NCBI GenBank assembly: GCA_965217775.1
Contig: CBDCJH010000002.1
Location: 2,848,001-2,912,000, forward strand
Source of the DNA: Acidobacteriota bacterium
Lineage (GTDB): Bacteria > Acidobacteriota > UBA6911 > RPQK01 > JAJDTT01
DNA: 64,000 nucleotides
Direction: 5' to 3'
Positions within the stretch are counted from its first letter, which is position 1; each line of letters starts with the position of its first letter. The position numbers and the translations under genes were made by a program. Shown here one piece after another: positions 36,766 to 47,250 of the stretch. The notes under the pieces were generated by a model, which was given only the letters and a program-made list of their open reading frames with translations, ran no database searches and was not told the DNA's origin.

Positions 36766-37056
36766 TCAGTCATGATCGAAGATGTCGATGCGGTAGTCCA
36801 CCAGATCTCCTCCCAGAATCTTTTCGCTTTCCCGGATGAGCCGATTGGAGACCCGTTCCAGAGTCACCCGGTCGGGTCCCACCGAGACCGCGCCGAGCCG
36901 GGCTCTCCGGTGCAGACCCTGATAGTCGATCTCGGCCACGGAGAAGTTGAGACGGGCACGGAGGCGGTCCGCCGTCTTGCGGACCACATTCCGCTTCTCC
37001 TTGAGAGAGCGGCTGTAGGGGAGGTAAATCTCAAGTGAGCAGAAGACGATGGGCAT
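36766..37056 (-). CDS. DUF503 (YlxP-like) protein
   Basis: SRSLKEKRNVV...NFSVAEID; typical position after infB. Confidence 0.85.
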   Translation of the reverse strand: MPIVFCSLEIYLPYSRSLKEKRNVVRKTADRLRARLNFSVAEIDYQGLHRRARLGAVSVGPDRVTLERVSNRLIRESEKILGGDLVDYRIDIFDHD

Positions 37057-37097
37057 CGACGAATACGCCTTGGAATGGGGAGGACGTTGACAGACTC

Positions 37098-37345
37098 CTA
37101 GCCCGCATTTCTCATCAGGGGGCGTGATGATCGCGCAGGATTTTCGCCCTCAGCGCGTGCTCGCGACCGAAAGCGTAGTGGTGACTACGTTTGAGGGAGC
37201 ATGTGCGCGCTGAGGGCGAAAAGACCAGCGAGCGCGCGCCCAGCGCAGTCTGTCCCGGAGCAACCCTGGAAAAATTCGCGTAAATGTTCAAAAACAGATC
37301 CTTTTTCATCATACGCATAGCGACCTGGTGAGAAATTCGGGCTAG
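37098..37345. mobile_element. MITE family B, long copy
   Basis: CTAG-flanked inverted termini CCCGCATTTCTCATCAGG / CCTGGTGAGAAATTCGGG; the right CTAG contains the infB stop; relative at 56674. Confidence 0.8.
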
Positions 37346-39828
37346 ACCAACTGGGGTGCCACGGACTCCTTGACGAAGGCTTCGATCACATCCCCGACCT
37401 TGATGTCCTGGTAGTTGGCGATGGAGATACCGCACTCGTACCCGCTCCTGACCTCGTTGACGTCGTCCCGAAAACGCCGCAACGAGGCGGTCCGGCCTTC
37501 GTGAATGACGGCGCCGTCCCGAACCAGTCGAATCATGGAGTTGCGGGCGACCGACCCGTCCAGAATGAAGCAACCGGCGACGGTTCCGAATTTGGCCACG
37601 CGAAAGGTGTCGCGTACTTCCGCCCGGCCCACCAACCGCTCACGAATGGTGGGTTCCAGAAGACCCAGCATGGCCTGCTGGATTTCTTCGATCAGCTCGT
37701 AGATAACCGTGTACATCAGAAGTTCGACTTGCTCTCGTTCCGCGGTCATCTGAGCGTTGCGTTCGGGGCGGACGTTGAATCCCACCACCAGAGCCTTGGA
37801 GGCGGCGGCCAGCAAGACGTCCGATTCGGAAATGGCGCCGACTCCGCTGTGGACGATCTTGATCCGGACCTTCTCTCCACTCAGTTTCCGAAGCGAACCT
37901 TCCAGGACCTCGACCGATCCCCGCCCGTCGGCCTTGATGATCAGGTCCAGTTCCTTGACTTCCTTCGTTGCCATTTGGGCGAACAGCTTGTCCAAACCCA
38001 TCGGACCCGATCTGGCCAATTCCTTCCGGCGCTGCTCCTGACGCCTCTGCCCCGCGATTTCCCGTGATTTGGAGGCACTTGCCAGCACCTGGAAGGAGTC
38101 TCCCGCCTGGGGCAGATCGTGCAACCCCAGGACCTCGACGGCGGAGCTGGGCCCGGCTTCCACCACGGGTTGTCCCCGATCGTCGAACATGGCGCGGACC
38201 TTGCCGTAGGCGGTGCCCGCAACGAAGGAGTCTCCCACCCGGAGCGTCCCGTCCTGGATCAGCGCCGTCGCCACCGGACCCCGTCCCCGATCCAGTTGAG
38301 CCTCCAACACCGCCGCCACGGCCGGCTTCTGGGGATTGGCGGTTCTCTCCGTCAGATCCGCCACCAGAAGGACCATCTCCAGCAGCAGGTCCAGGTTGGT
38401 CTGGGCCAGGGCAGAAACCTCCACCATGACCGTGTCCCCGCCCCAGTCCTCGGGGGTGAGCCCCCGGTCCGCCAACTGCTGCTTGACCCGGTCCGGCCTG
38501 GCGTCCGGCCGATCCATCTTGTTGACGGCCACGATGATGGGAACATCGGCGGCCTTGGCGTGGTCCATGGCTTCGAGAGTCTGCGGCATGACGCCGTCGT
38601 CCGCAGCGACGACCAGGACCACGATGTCGGTCACCTGGGCGCCGCGAGCCCGCATCAGGGTGAAGGCTTCGTGGCCGGGCGTGTCCAGAAAGACGATCTT
38701 GCTGCCGTCGACGGAGACGTGGTAGGCCCCGATATGCTGCGTGATCCCCCCCGCCTCAGAAGCCGCCACACGCGATTCCCGGATGGCGTCCAATAGCGAG
38801 GTCTTTCCATGGTCGACATGCCCCATGACGGTGACGACCGGGGCCCGCACCTGAATGTCCTCAGGACGTTCGACGACGTGCTCCTCGTGGACCAGGGCCT
38901 CCTGCTCGGAAACGAACTCGACCTGAGCGTCGAAGCTGTCGCACAACTGTTGAATCGTGTCGCGGTCCAGACTCCGATTGATGGTAGCCATCACACCCCG
39001 GGAGAAGAGCTTCTTGATGAGCACCTTGCTCTTGACACCCAACTTCTCGCTCAAATCCCTCACGGTCACCGAATCGCTGACCGTGATCACGGCGGGACCT
39101 TCGGGCTCTTTGACAACCTCTGCGGGCTGGGGTTCCGCCTCGGGGGCTTCGGCGACAGGAGTCTCGGCTTCGGCAGCGGCTGCGACCGCCTCCTCCGGCA
39201 GTTCGGGAGCAGGTGGCTCGTCTGCAGCCGGCCTCACTGCATCTTCCGCCGCCGGAGGTGCCGGAACCGGAGGCGGAGCCAGCGGTCCAGCCATGCCCGG
39301 CGGCACCAGAGGAAGGCTGGCGGAAGCGATCGGCGTTTGCGTGGAAAGGACCATTCGCTGCGCCTGTTCCAGAAGCTCCGCCGAAATCTGGGCTTCGACC
39401 TTTTCGATGATGGGCTCGTCTTCGATGGTGACTTCCGTCTTCTCCAGGACCGCCTCCGGCGGCTCGGTCACGATCCTTCGATAGTTCCCCTTCCCTTTTC
39501 TGGGTTTCAGAGATCCCATGAGGAACGGGCTGTCGATCGTCTCCGCCGATGGCGACGAGGCTTTCCTGGGCTGGCCCAATTGCTTGATGGTCTTGCGAGG
39601 CTTGGCGGCCGGCCGCTTCCTGACCTTCGCCTTTACGGACCGGGCCTGCTCCTCCTGTTCCGTATCGATGACGAGTTGCAGCCGCCGGCGAATTCGATTG
39701 GCGATGTCAAAGTCCACCGGAGTCTCGGGTGAAGGCACCCAGACCCCGATCTTCTTGAGCTCCAAGATGACCGCCGTACTCCGCATCTCGAATTCCGAAG
39801 CCAGTTCGTTGACTCTCACCTGTTCCAT
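37342..39828 (-). CDS. infB: Translation initiation factor IF-2
   Basis: VRVNELA N-terminus, [30 protein letters not shown]. Confidence 0.97.
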   Translation of the reverse strand: MEQVRVNELASEFEMRSTAVILELKKIGVWVPSPETPVDFDIANRIRRRLQLVIDTEQEEQARSVKAKVRKRPAAKPRKTIKQLGQPRKASSPSAETIDSPFLMGSLKPRKGKGNYRRIVTEPPEAVLEKTEVTIEDEPIIEKVEAQISAELLEQAQRMVLSTQTPIASASLPLVPPGMAGPLAPPPVPAPPAAEDAVRPAADEPPAPELPEEAVAAAAEAETPVAEAPEAEPQPAEVVKEPEGPAVITVSDSVTVRDLSEKLGVKSKVLIKKLFSRGVMATINRSLDRDTIQQLCDSFDAQVEFVSEQEALVHEEHVVERPEDIQVRAPVVTVMGHVDHGKTSLLDAIRESRVAASEAGGITQHIGAYHVSVDGSKIVFLDTPGHEAFTLMRARGAQVTDIVVLVVAADDGVMPQTLEAMDHAKAADVPIIVAVNKMDRPDARPDRVKQQLADRGLTPEDWGGDTVMVEVSALAQTNLDLLLEMVLLVADLTERTANPQKPAVAAVLEAQLDRGRGPVATALIQDGTLRVGDSFVAGTAYGKVRAMFDDRGQPVVEAGPSSAVEVLGLHDLPQAGDSFQVLASASKSREIAGQRRQEQRRKELARSGPMGLDKLFAQMATKEVKELDLIIKADGRGSVEVLEGSLRKLSGEKVRIKIVHSGVGAISESDVLLAAASKALVVGFNVRPERNAQMTAEREQVELLMYTVIYELIEEIQQAMLGLLEPTIRERLVGRAEVRDTFRVAKFGTVAGCFILDGSVARNSMIRLVRDGAVIHEGRTASLRRFRDDVNEVRSGYECGISIANYQDIKVGDVIEAFVKESVAPQLV

Positions 39829-39845
39829 AACCGTCTTGATGCTTT

Positions 39846-41168
39846 CTACGCTTCCCCGGCAGCTTCCGCAACCGCGTCCTCGGCCCGGTTCCGGATCCAA
39901 GCCTCAGCCAGGGCAAGGATCTTCAGAGCCGACTCTTCACCGATCATGGGAATGGTCGACAAGTCCTCGACCGATCGGTTCGAAAGTTCCTCAATGGTTT
40001 GCACACCCGCGTCCTCGAGGCGAATTCGAGTCTCCCCACCCAGACCCTCCAACTCATCCAGGCCCGGCTGTGCTGCCTGTTCGGCCTGTGCTGCCTGTGC
40101 GGCCAACTGTTCCATCTGAGCCAGGATCTCTTGTTTCTTGTCTTCCTCGCTCTTGATGTTGATTTCCCAGCCCAGCAGCTTGGAACCCAGACGAACATTC
40201 TGTCCCTTCCTGCCGATGGCGAGAGACAGTTGATCCTCCGGGACGATGACTTCCAGAACCTTGTCCAGCGGATCCTGGACCAGCACCTTGGCGATCCGCG
40301 CGGGGTTCAAGGCGTTGATGGTGTACTCCACGATGTCGTCCGAGTATTGGATGATGTCGATCTTCTCTCCCCGCAACTCCCGGATCACCGCGTTGATCCG
40401 ACTGCCCCTCATCCCGACGCAGGCACCGACCGGATCCACGTTGTCGTCGCGGCTCGACACCGCCACTTTGGCCCGTTCACCCGCTTCCCGAACCGCATTC
40501 TTGATGATGACGGTGTGGTCGTAGACCTCGGGAATCTCGGCCTCGAACAGGCGGATCAGGAGGCTGGGGTCCCCTCGGGAAACCACGATCTGGGGCCCCT
40601 TGGAGAGACGGTGCACCTTGATGATGACCGCTCGCACCCGATCCCCCATGCGATATTCTTCGGTGCGGGCCTGCTCGTTGTAGGGGAGCACGGCCTCGGT
40701 CCGGCCGATGTCCAGCACGATGTTGCCCCCCTCGTAGCGCCGCACGATCCCGTGGACCACCTGTCCGATCTGGCCCGAATACTCCTCGAAGACGTTCTCC
40801 CGTTCGGCTTCCCGAACTTTCTGGAAAATGACCTGCTTGGCCGTCTGGGCGGCGATTCGACCCAACTCCAAAGGAGGCTTGGGTATCTCCAGGTAGTCAC
40901 CCACCTCGAAGCTGTCGTCGTACTGCAAGGCCTCGGACAGAGCCATCTCCGTCTCTTCTTCCTCGACTTCCTCCACGATGCGCCTGACGGCAAACACTTC
41001 GATGGTGCCGGTCACCGGATCGTATCGCGCCTGCAGATCCTCCTCGGTCCTGAAATGCTTCCTGGCGGCGGCCACCATGGCGTCCTCAAGGGCTTCGTAA
41101 ATGACCTTGGATTCAACACCCTTTTCCCGGCTGAGCTGCTCGATGCTCTGACTGAGGGCATTCGACAT
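39846..41168 (-). CDS. nusA: Transcription termination/antitermination factor NusA
   Basis: GRIAAQTAKQVI, DPVGACVGMRGSR, LSLAIGRKGQNVRL; C-terminal HhH. Confidence 0.97.
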   Translation of the reverse strand: MSNALSQSIEQLSREKGVESKVIYEALEDAMVAAARKHFRTEEDLQARYDPVTGTIEVFAVRRIVEEVEEEETEMALSEALQYDDSFEVGDYLEIPKPPLELGRIAAQTAKQVIFQKVREAERENVFEEYSGQIGQVVHGIVRRYEGGNIVLDIGRTEAVLPYNEQARTEEYRMGDRVRAVIIKVHRLSKGPQIVVSRGDPSLLIRLFEAEIPEVYDHTVIIKNAVREAGERAKVAVSSRDDNVDPVGACVGMRGSRINAVIRELRGEKIDIIQYSDDIVEYTINALNPARIAKVLVQDPLDKVLEVIVPEDQLSLAIGRKGQNVRLGSKLLGWEINIKSEEDKKQEILAQMEQLAAQAAQAEQAAQPGLDELEGLGGETRIRLEDAGVQTIEELSNRSVEDLSTIPMIGEESALKILALAEAWIRNRAEDAVAEAAGEA

Positions 41169-41210
41169 GCTTCGCTATATCCTCACTGTTGCCGCCCGTC
41201 GCGGCCGATT

Positions 41211-41684
41211 CTACTTCCTGAACGAGTCGGCAAACCGGTAGACCAGGTTGGCCCTGGCGATCATCCCGAAGGGGATCCGGTAAGTCTTGTCTTGGCAGCT
41301 CAACTGCACGACGCCGTCACGAAGGTCCTGGATGAAACCCGTGAACCTGCGGCGACTGTCGATCTTCTCCCGGGTGGTGAGACGAACCTCGCGACCCGAG
41401 AATCGCAAGTAGTCCTCCACCCGGAAGAGAGGGCGATCCAGACCCGGAGAAGACACCTCCAACACGTACCGGTCGGAGATCAGATCCTCCACGTCCAGGA
41501 GAACACCGGCCTGCCGGCTGACGGTCCGACAGTCCTCCAACGTAACGCCTCCGGGCTTGTCGATATAAACTCTCAACAACGGACTCCGCTGTTGGGCAAG
41601 GTACTGGACGTAAACCAGTTCCATCCCTTGTTCCTCTACGGCCCCCCGCAGCAGGAATTCCACCTTTTCGGCCACTTCCGCCAT
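41211..41684 (-). CDS. rimP: Ribosome maturation factor RimP
   Basis: LRVYIDKPGGVTLEDC, YVLEVSSPGLDRPL. Confidence 0.95.
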   Translation of the reverse strand: MAEVAEKVEFLLRGAVEEQGMELVYVQYLAQQRSPLLRVYIDKPGGVTLEDCRTVSRQAGVLLDVEDLISDRYVLEVSSPGLDRPLFRVEDYLRFSGREVRLTTREKIDSRRRFTGFIQDLRDGVVQLSCQDKTYRIPFGMIARANLVYRFADSFRK

Positions 41685-41805
41685 TGTCGCATCCTGAACC
41701 GATCTTGCGGGCGCCGGCCCACCGAATGAGGTGAATCGACCCCTTCTGAGCCCCGGACAAAACTCTCCGCAGGCTCCTAGAATATAGCCGAGCCCCAGAT
41801 ACAGT

Positions 41806-43221
41806 TCAACGGACGGTCGAGATTTGAACCGGTCCCAATTGCTCGAGTTCGGGCTTGAGTTCGGCGGCGGGACCACCGACGACGAGCAGTGAAGAGTCTT
41901 GCGAGAGGTACTCCATCAGGAGCTTTCGAAAGTCCTCGGGTGTGACCCGCCGCAGGCGGAGGCCATAGTTCGCGATGTAGGTGACACCCAGATCGTAGAG
42001 GCTGGTGTCCAGAAGGCGAGTCAGTCGCGCAACCGGATCTTCCAGCCGATTGCGGAATTCCAGATAGGCCAGGCTTCGGGCTTCCTCCATCAGAGACGGG
42101 TCCACCTGGCCCTCCCGAAGCCCACTCATGGTCTGAAGAAACTCCTTCAGATAGGGCATGAGACGGTCCGCGGAGGTTCTGAGACTCAATTGGAGATATC
42201 CCGGCATTCGAAACGCTTTCACCCGGGAAGAGGCCTGGATCTGTTGCTCGGCCTCGACCACTCGGGCCAACCCCGGCAGGGAGAGGGTCAGATACTCCTC
42301 CAACATCTTGAGGGCATAGTAATCTCGGCTGCCCATCTCGACGCCCAGCCTGCCCCAGCGAAAGAGGGCCTCGTCCCCGGGCAGGTCCTGCAACAGGATC
42401 CGCCAACCTTCCAGGACCGGGGCCCGGCGAAACGTGAACGGGGCCGCTTCGGCCCTGATCCAGACGCCCCAGCGGCGACTCAGTTCACGGAACATGGCCT
42501 GCGGCTCGGCAGACGTATGCAGGGCGAGCCTGGCCTGGTTGGGAAGAAAGAGCTTCCGGTATTGGATCTTGACGTCTCTCAGCTCCAGGTTCTCCAGCGT
42601 CTCCACCGTCCCCAGTACGCCGTGTCCGTAGGGATTCGGTCCGAAAAGATGGGCGAGAAACGCTTTCTGGGTGACCACTTCGGGTCTCTCCAACTGTTTC
42701 TCGACCGCTTCCAGTTGCTGCTTCCGCAGCCTCTCGAAGGTTTCCTCCCGGAAAAAGGGGCGCACCACGACCTCCCCCAGAAGGCCCAGCACCGCCGCGA
42801 GATTCTCTTCCGGAGCGCTTCCGTAGAGGTATATGGCATCCCAATCGACCTGAAGCTCCAACTCGCCGTTGAGGCTCTCGAGCTGCCGCTGAATCAGGGC
42901 CCCGGATCGAAGCTCCGTCTCTTCCAGCAACATCCGAGTGGTGAGGTGGGTGATGCCCCATTTGTCCACGGGATCGAAAGCGGCCCCGTTCTCGATCATG
43001 AGACGGAACGACCGGCGCGAGGGACCCGGCCGGAGCATCAGCACCTCCATTCCGTTCAGGAGGGACTTCCGCTCGAACGAAGGAACGGTCAGCTTCGCCA
43101 GCTTCACCGTCGGCGCGCCGGGTGCGGGCGCTATAATCAAGGCGATGACACCTGTCAGGATCGAAACCAGGCGGAATCCGAAACCAGGGCGGCAACCGGA
43201 GTACTGGATTGGATCTCTCAT
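41806..43221 (-). CDS. Secreted M16 peptidase-like protein, non-catalytic
   Basis: Hydrophobic signal segment, LLNGMEV, NPYGH..LGT; HXXEH replaced by HLTTR. Confidence 0.75.
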   Translation of the reverse strand: MRDPIQYSGCRPGFGFRLVSILTGVIALIIAPAPGAPTVKLAKLTVPSFERKSLLNGMEVLMLRPGPSRRSFRLMIENGAAFDPVDKWGITHLTTRMLLEETELRSGALIQRQLESLNGELELQVDWDAIYLYGSAPEENLAAVLGLLGEVVVRPFFREETFERLRKQQLEAVEKQLERPEVVTQKAFLAHLFGPNPYGHGVLGTVETLENLELRDVKIQYRKLFLPNQARLALHTSAEPQAMFRELSRRWGVWIRAEAAPFTFRRAPVLEGWRILLQDLPGDEALFRWGRLGVEMGSRDYYALKMLEEYLTLSLPGLARVVEAEQQIQASSRVKAFRMPGYLQLSLRTSADRLMPYLKEFLQTMSGLREGQVDPSLMEEARSLAYLEFRNRLEDPVARLTRLLDTSLYDLGVTYIANYGLRLRRVTPEDFRKLLMEYLSQDSSLLVVGGPAAELKPELEQLGPVQISTVR

Positions 43222-43320
43222 GGATCGGACCATTGTATCAGTGTCCCGCGAGCCCGGCGCAAAAGAGATGGCGGGATTTCGGGTTCCCGGAAAAATGGAC
43301 TTACACGGAGGCAGCCGAGC

Positions 43321-44589
43321 TTGACCTTGAAGGGAGGCGTGACCGGATTCCGGGTTCCTCCAGTCCATCGGCACCGTCTCGAAAATGGACTGACGCTGCT
43401 GGTACGGCCGGATCACACCAGCCCCGTCGTCACCACCATGATCTGCTATCGGGTGGGTTCCAGAGTGGAGCCTCCGGGCCGGACCGGGATCTCCCATTTC
43501 CTGGAGCACATGATGTTCAAGGGCACCGGACGCTACGGACCCGGAGAGATCGATCGGATCACGGCGCTCCATGGGGGTTCCAACAACGCCTTCACCACGC
43601 AGGACTATACCGGCTACTTCTTCAGCTTCGCCTCCGACCGATGGGTCTGCGCTCTGGAAATCGAGGCTGACCGGATGTCGAACAATCGTTTCGACCCCCA
43701 GCAGTTCGAGCTGGAGCGGCAGGTGATCCTCGAGGAATCCGGAATGGAACAGGATCATCCCTGGGGAGCACTTCGCCGATCGGTCGAATTGAAGGCCTTC
43801 GAGAGGCACCCATACCGCTTCCCCATCATCGGATTGAGCCGGGACATCCAGGCGCTGACCGCGGAACAGATGGTGGAACACTACCGCAGGTACTACGTCC
43901 CCGGGAACGCCGTGCTGGCCGTCGCCGGCGACACCGATCCGGAGTTCACTCTCCGGACCGTGGAGCAGCTCTTCCGGCAGACGGCCTCCGGTTTTCCTCC
44001 GCCGCTCCTTCCACCCCAGGAGGAAGGGGGCAGCGGCCGGGTCAAGATCAAGGTTCGGCGACGGAGCCGCGTGCCCAGAATGTTGGTGGCCCTCCCCGCC
44101 CCCTCCATTCATCAGAGCGATCACGACGCCTTTCAGATCCTGGACCGGGTGCTCTCCGAGGGTCGACTTTCGCGCCTCTACAGGAAGTTCGTCGAAGAGA
44201 CCCGGTTGGCTTCCCTGGTCCATACCGAACTGGGCGACACCTTCGACCCCTACCTGCTGCTGATCCGCCTGGAGTTGCGCGAGGATGCCGATCTGCAACA
44301 GACGGAGGAACTCCTCTTCCACGAACTCATGCAGTTGTGCACCAGCCCCCTGAGCCGGAAGGAGCTGACCCGGGCCAAGAACCAGTGCATCAACCAGTTT
44401 CTTTTCGAACTGGAGACGACGTTCGACCAATGCATGCAACTGGCCTCGATGGAAGCCCTGCAGCGCCCCGGCTACTGGGACGACTACGTGGCACGAATCT
44501 CCAGGCTGACCGCCGGGGAGGTCATGGCGGCCGCGGCCAGGCACTGGTCCGGGCGGCGCTGGACCGTCGGCGTCGTGGAGATCGGATAG
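43321..44589 (+). CDS. M16 zinc peptidase, catalytic subunit
   Basis: LENGL, GISHFLEHMMFKGT, NAFT, HPYRFPIIG; start uncertain (TTG 43321 with GGAGG, or GTG 43339). Confidence 0.88.
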   Translation: MTLKGGVTGFRVPPVHRHRLENGLTLLVRPDHTSPVVTTMICYRVGSRVEPPGRTGISHFLEHMMFKGTGRYGPGEIDRITALHGGSNNAFTTQDYTGYFFSFASDRWVCALEIEADRMSNNRFDPQQFELERQVILEESGMEQDHPWGALRRSVELKAFERHPYRFPIIGLSRDIQALTAEQMVEHYRRYYVPGNAVLAVAGDTDPEFTLRTVEQLFRQTASGFPPPLLPPQEEGGSGRVKIKVRRRSRVPRMLVALPAPSIHQSDHDAFQILDRVLSEGRLSRLYRKFVEETRLASLVHTELGDTFDPYLLLIRLELREDADLQQTEELLFHELMQLCTSPLSRKELTRAKNQCINQFLFELETTFDQCMQLASMEALQRPGYWDDYVARISRLTAGEVMAAAARHWSGRRWTVGVVEIG

Positions 44590-44641
44590 GAGTCTGCGCG
44601 GATGCGCACCGCGCGGCGCCGGTAGCCGGGAAGTTTCGAAA

Positions 44642-45913
44642 ATGGTCTTGGACGGGTTCGAACGACGGGTCTGGGACAACGGACTGGTGCTCCTCAGTTG
44701 CCGGAACGACCGCCTTCCCGTGGTCTCGGTCAACGCCTTCGTTCTTGCCGGCACCGACCGGAACCCGCTTCGGCAGCCGGGACTGGCGGCTCTTGCTTCA
44801 CGGATGTTGGAGGAGGGAACCGCCAAATACCGGGCCGACGACATCTCCCGCCTGGTGGAGGACGCGGGCGGCAACCTCTCTACCTTCTGCCAACATGAAA
44901 TGATCGGGATCTCCCTCCATCTCAGGGGCCGGGATCTGCCGGAAGGACTCGATCTGCTGGCCCAGATGCTGTCCCGTCCCACCTTCCCTAGGGAACGGCT
45001 CGGTCTGGAGCGGGAGAAGGCTCTGACCCAACTGGAGGCGCTGGAGGACGATCCACAGGTGGTGGTGAGCAACCTGCTGAACCGGGAGATCTACCAGGGC
45101 GGTCCGCTGCAGTTCCCTGCCCTGGGAACCCCGGCGTCGGTAAGGCGGCTCCAAATCGAGGACATTCGGGCGTTTCACCGCCTGCGATATGCTCCTGGGA
45201 ACACGATTCTGGTCATTGTGGGCAACGCCGGAAGCGCCGGCGTTGCCGATCTGGTCGACAACTGCCTGGGATCCTGGCGAAACGGCCACTACCGGAGGAG
45301 CCGACCTCCCGTGCCCCGGCGGCAGCGGGCGCCTCGGGTGCGGGAGCGGGTCCTGGAGGGCCGGGAACAGGTCCACATCTGTCTGGGACACCTGGGCGTC
45401 GCCCGGAACCACCCTGATTTCTACGCACTCCAGGTGATGGACGCCGTGCTGGGCAGCGGACCGGGGTTCAGCAGCCGGATCCCCCGGGAGCTCAGGGACC
45501 GCCGGGGCCTCGCCTACACCACCTACAGCGACCTCACTGGTTCCGCCGGCCGCTATCCGGGGCGGTTTCTCGCCTACATCTGCACCTCGCCGTCCAATCG
45601 TCAGGCCGCCATGAGTGGGCTCTTGGGAGAGATCGAGAATTTCATCGAGGGTGGACCCACGGAAGACGAATTGGCGCTGGCACAGAAATACCTGACCGGC
45701 AGCTTCGTTTTCGATTTCCAGTCCAACGCCCACGTGGCCCGATTCCTGCTCACGGCGGAACTCTTCGAACTCGATGCGGATTTCATCCGCTTGTATCCGG
45801 AATGGATCCGCGCGGTCGATGCGGAGGAGGTGAGGCGAGTTGCCCGGCTTCATTTGGATACGGTAAACTTCACGGCAATCGTCGCCGGACCTGAGTATGC
45901 CCTTACTCGCTGA
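44642..45913 (+). CDS. M16 peptidase, non-catalytic partner subunit
   Basis: PGLAALASRMLEEGT (no HXXEH), FSSRI..ELRDRRGLAY. Confidence 0.85.
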   Translation: MVLDGFERRVWDNGLVLLSCRNDRLPVVSVNAFVLAGTDRNPLRQPGLAALASRMLEEGTAKYRADDISRLVEDAGGNLSTFCQHEMIGISLHLRGRDLPEGLDLLAQMLSRPTFPRERLGLEREKALTQLEALEDDPQVVVSNLLNREIYQGGPLQFPALGTPASVRRLQIEDIRAFHRLRYAPGNTILVIVGNAGSAGVADLVDNCLGSWRNGHYRRSRPPVPRRQRAPRVRERVLEGREQVHICLGHLGVARNHPDFYALQVMDAVLGSGPGFSSRIPRELRDRRGLAYTTYSDLTGSAGRYPGRFLAYICTSPSNRQAAMSGLLGEIENFIEGGPTEDELALAQKYLTGSFVFDFQSNAHVARFLLTAELFELDADFIRLYPEWIRAVDAEEVRRVARLHLDTVNFTAIVAGPEYALTR

Positions 45914-46742
45914 AAGGCACCCCCTCACGATCCCTTACCGTCTGCTGTTCCTGCTCTTGGGGCTTCTGGTCCTGGCGGGAGCCGCCTGCGGCAGAAACCG
46001 GGTTCCGCCCCCTCTTCCCGGCGGCGCCGACCGGGACACCGGCGCCGGTTCCGGCACTGCCAGGACGGGGACCGATGCCGCCGAGCCGGCCGTTGCTTCG
46101 GCGCCCAGCCTGGAGATTCGCGTCGAGCCGGCCGTGATCCGGAGAGGGGGCTCGGCCCTGTTGTCATGGGAGTCTCACGACGCTGACGAAGTGCGGATCG
46201 ATCAGGGCATCGGAGTCGTCGATCCCTCCGGAAGGATCAAGCTCTTTCCCGAAGAAACGACCTCCTACCGGCTGAGCGCCACAGGGCAGGGGGGTACGGT
46301 GGAGCGATTGGTGACGATCGAGGTCTCGGCGGACCTGACCGGAGCGATCGACCAGGAGAATCTCCTGTCGCCGGCCCGGGACGAGGAAATCCCGCTTACG
46401 GTCGAGCCCGTCTTCTTCAGCTTCGACAGCAACGCGCTCGACGCTCAGAATATGGCCACCGTGGAGGCAAACGCGCGGTGGTTTTCCCAGCCCGAAAACG
46501 CCCAGGTCCGATTCGTGCTGGAAGGGCATTGCGACGAGCGCGGTACCGACGAATACAATCTGGCTCTCGCCGACAGGAGGGGACAGGTGGTGCGCCAAAT
46601 TCTGGTGGATGCCGGAATCGACCCCGACCGCATGACCACCATTGCGTTGGGGGAGGAGCGGCCCTTCGACACCGGCCAAACGGAAGAAGCATGGGCCATG
46701 AACCGGCGAGTTCATTTCGTCCTGATCCAGGAGCAGGAGTAG
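45897..46742 (+). CDS. OmpA/Pal-family peptidoglycan-associated lipoprotein with an Ig-like linker domain
   Basis: Lipobox-like GAAC; VFFSFDS, EGHCDERGTDEYNLALADRR, AWAMNRRVHF. Confidence 0.88.
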   Translation: MPLLAERHPLTIPYRLLFLLLGLLVLAGAACGRNRVPPPLPGGADRDTGAGSGTARTGTDAAEPAVASAPSLEIRVEPAVIRRGGSALLSWESHDADEVRIDQGIGVVDPSGRIKLFPEETTSYRLSATGQGGTVERLVTIEVSADLTGAIDQENLLSPARDEEIPLTVEPVFFSFDSNALDAQNMATVEANARWFSQPENAQVRFVLEGHCDERGTDEYNLALADRRGQVVRQILVDAGIDPDRMTTIALGEERPFDTGQTEEAWAMNRRVHFVLIQEQE

Positions 46743-46749
46743 ACCGACC

Positions 46750-47250
46750 ATGTTCCAGACTACCTCCGCCGCCCGCACCAAAGAGCATTGGAAAATCCTG
46801 GTTCCCGTCGGGTTGGCGGCCACGTTGATCGTGGGCGTGGTGGTCTTCATGCATGAGCCCAAGCCCCGGCAGCGGGAGGAGCTGACCGGCGTGCTCCGCG
46901 AAGGGCACTCGGACTACGGATGGTATCGAGAGCACGTCAGCCTGACCCAACCTCGCCTCCAGATGGCCACGAACCTGGCCGGAAACCGAATGGCCATATT
47001 TTCGGCCACCATCGAGAATCAGGGGGAGAGGGCGCTGGACGTGGTCGAGATGAAGATGACCTTCTTCAACTACGACACGCCGGTCTGGGAAACCACCCGG
47101 ACTCCGATTCGGCCGGGCGCCTACACGGCCCCGATACAGCCCATGAAAAAACGGAGCTTCACGTTCTACATCCAGGATCTGCCCGGGGGGTGGATGGCCA
47201 GCCGCGCCGAGATGGACATTAACGGGTTTCGGTTCACCGCGCCGCAGTGA
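46750..47250 (+). CDS. Membrane-anchored hypothetical protein (DUF2393/FxLYD-like)
   Basis: Single TM followed by a beta domain (ATIENQGERAL). Confidence 0.55.
   Translation: MFQTTSAARTKEHWKILVPVGLAATLIVGVVVFMHEPKPRQREELTGVLREGHSDYGWYREHVSLTQPRLQMATNLAGNRMAIFSATIENQGERALDVVEMKMTFFNYDTPVWETTRTPIRPGAYTAPIQPMKKRSFTFYIQDLPGGWMASRAEMDINGFRFTAPQ

Noticed and set aside
41806-45072. Apparent 1088-aa and 896-aa overlapping antiparallel proteins
   Set aside because: Each is a real M16 gene extended by the stop-free antisense frame of the divergent gene; true starts are near 43221 and 43321
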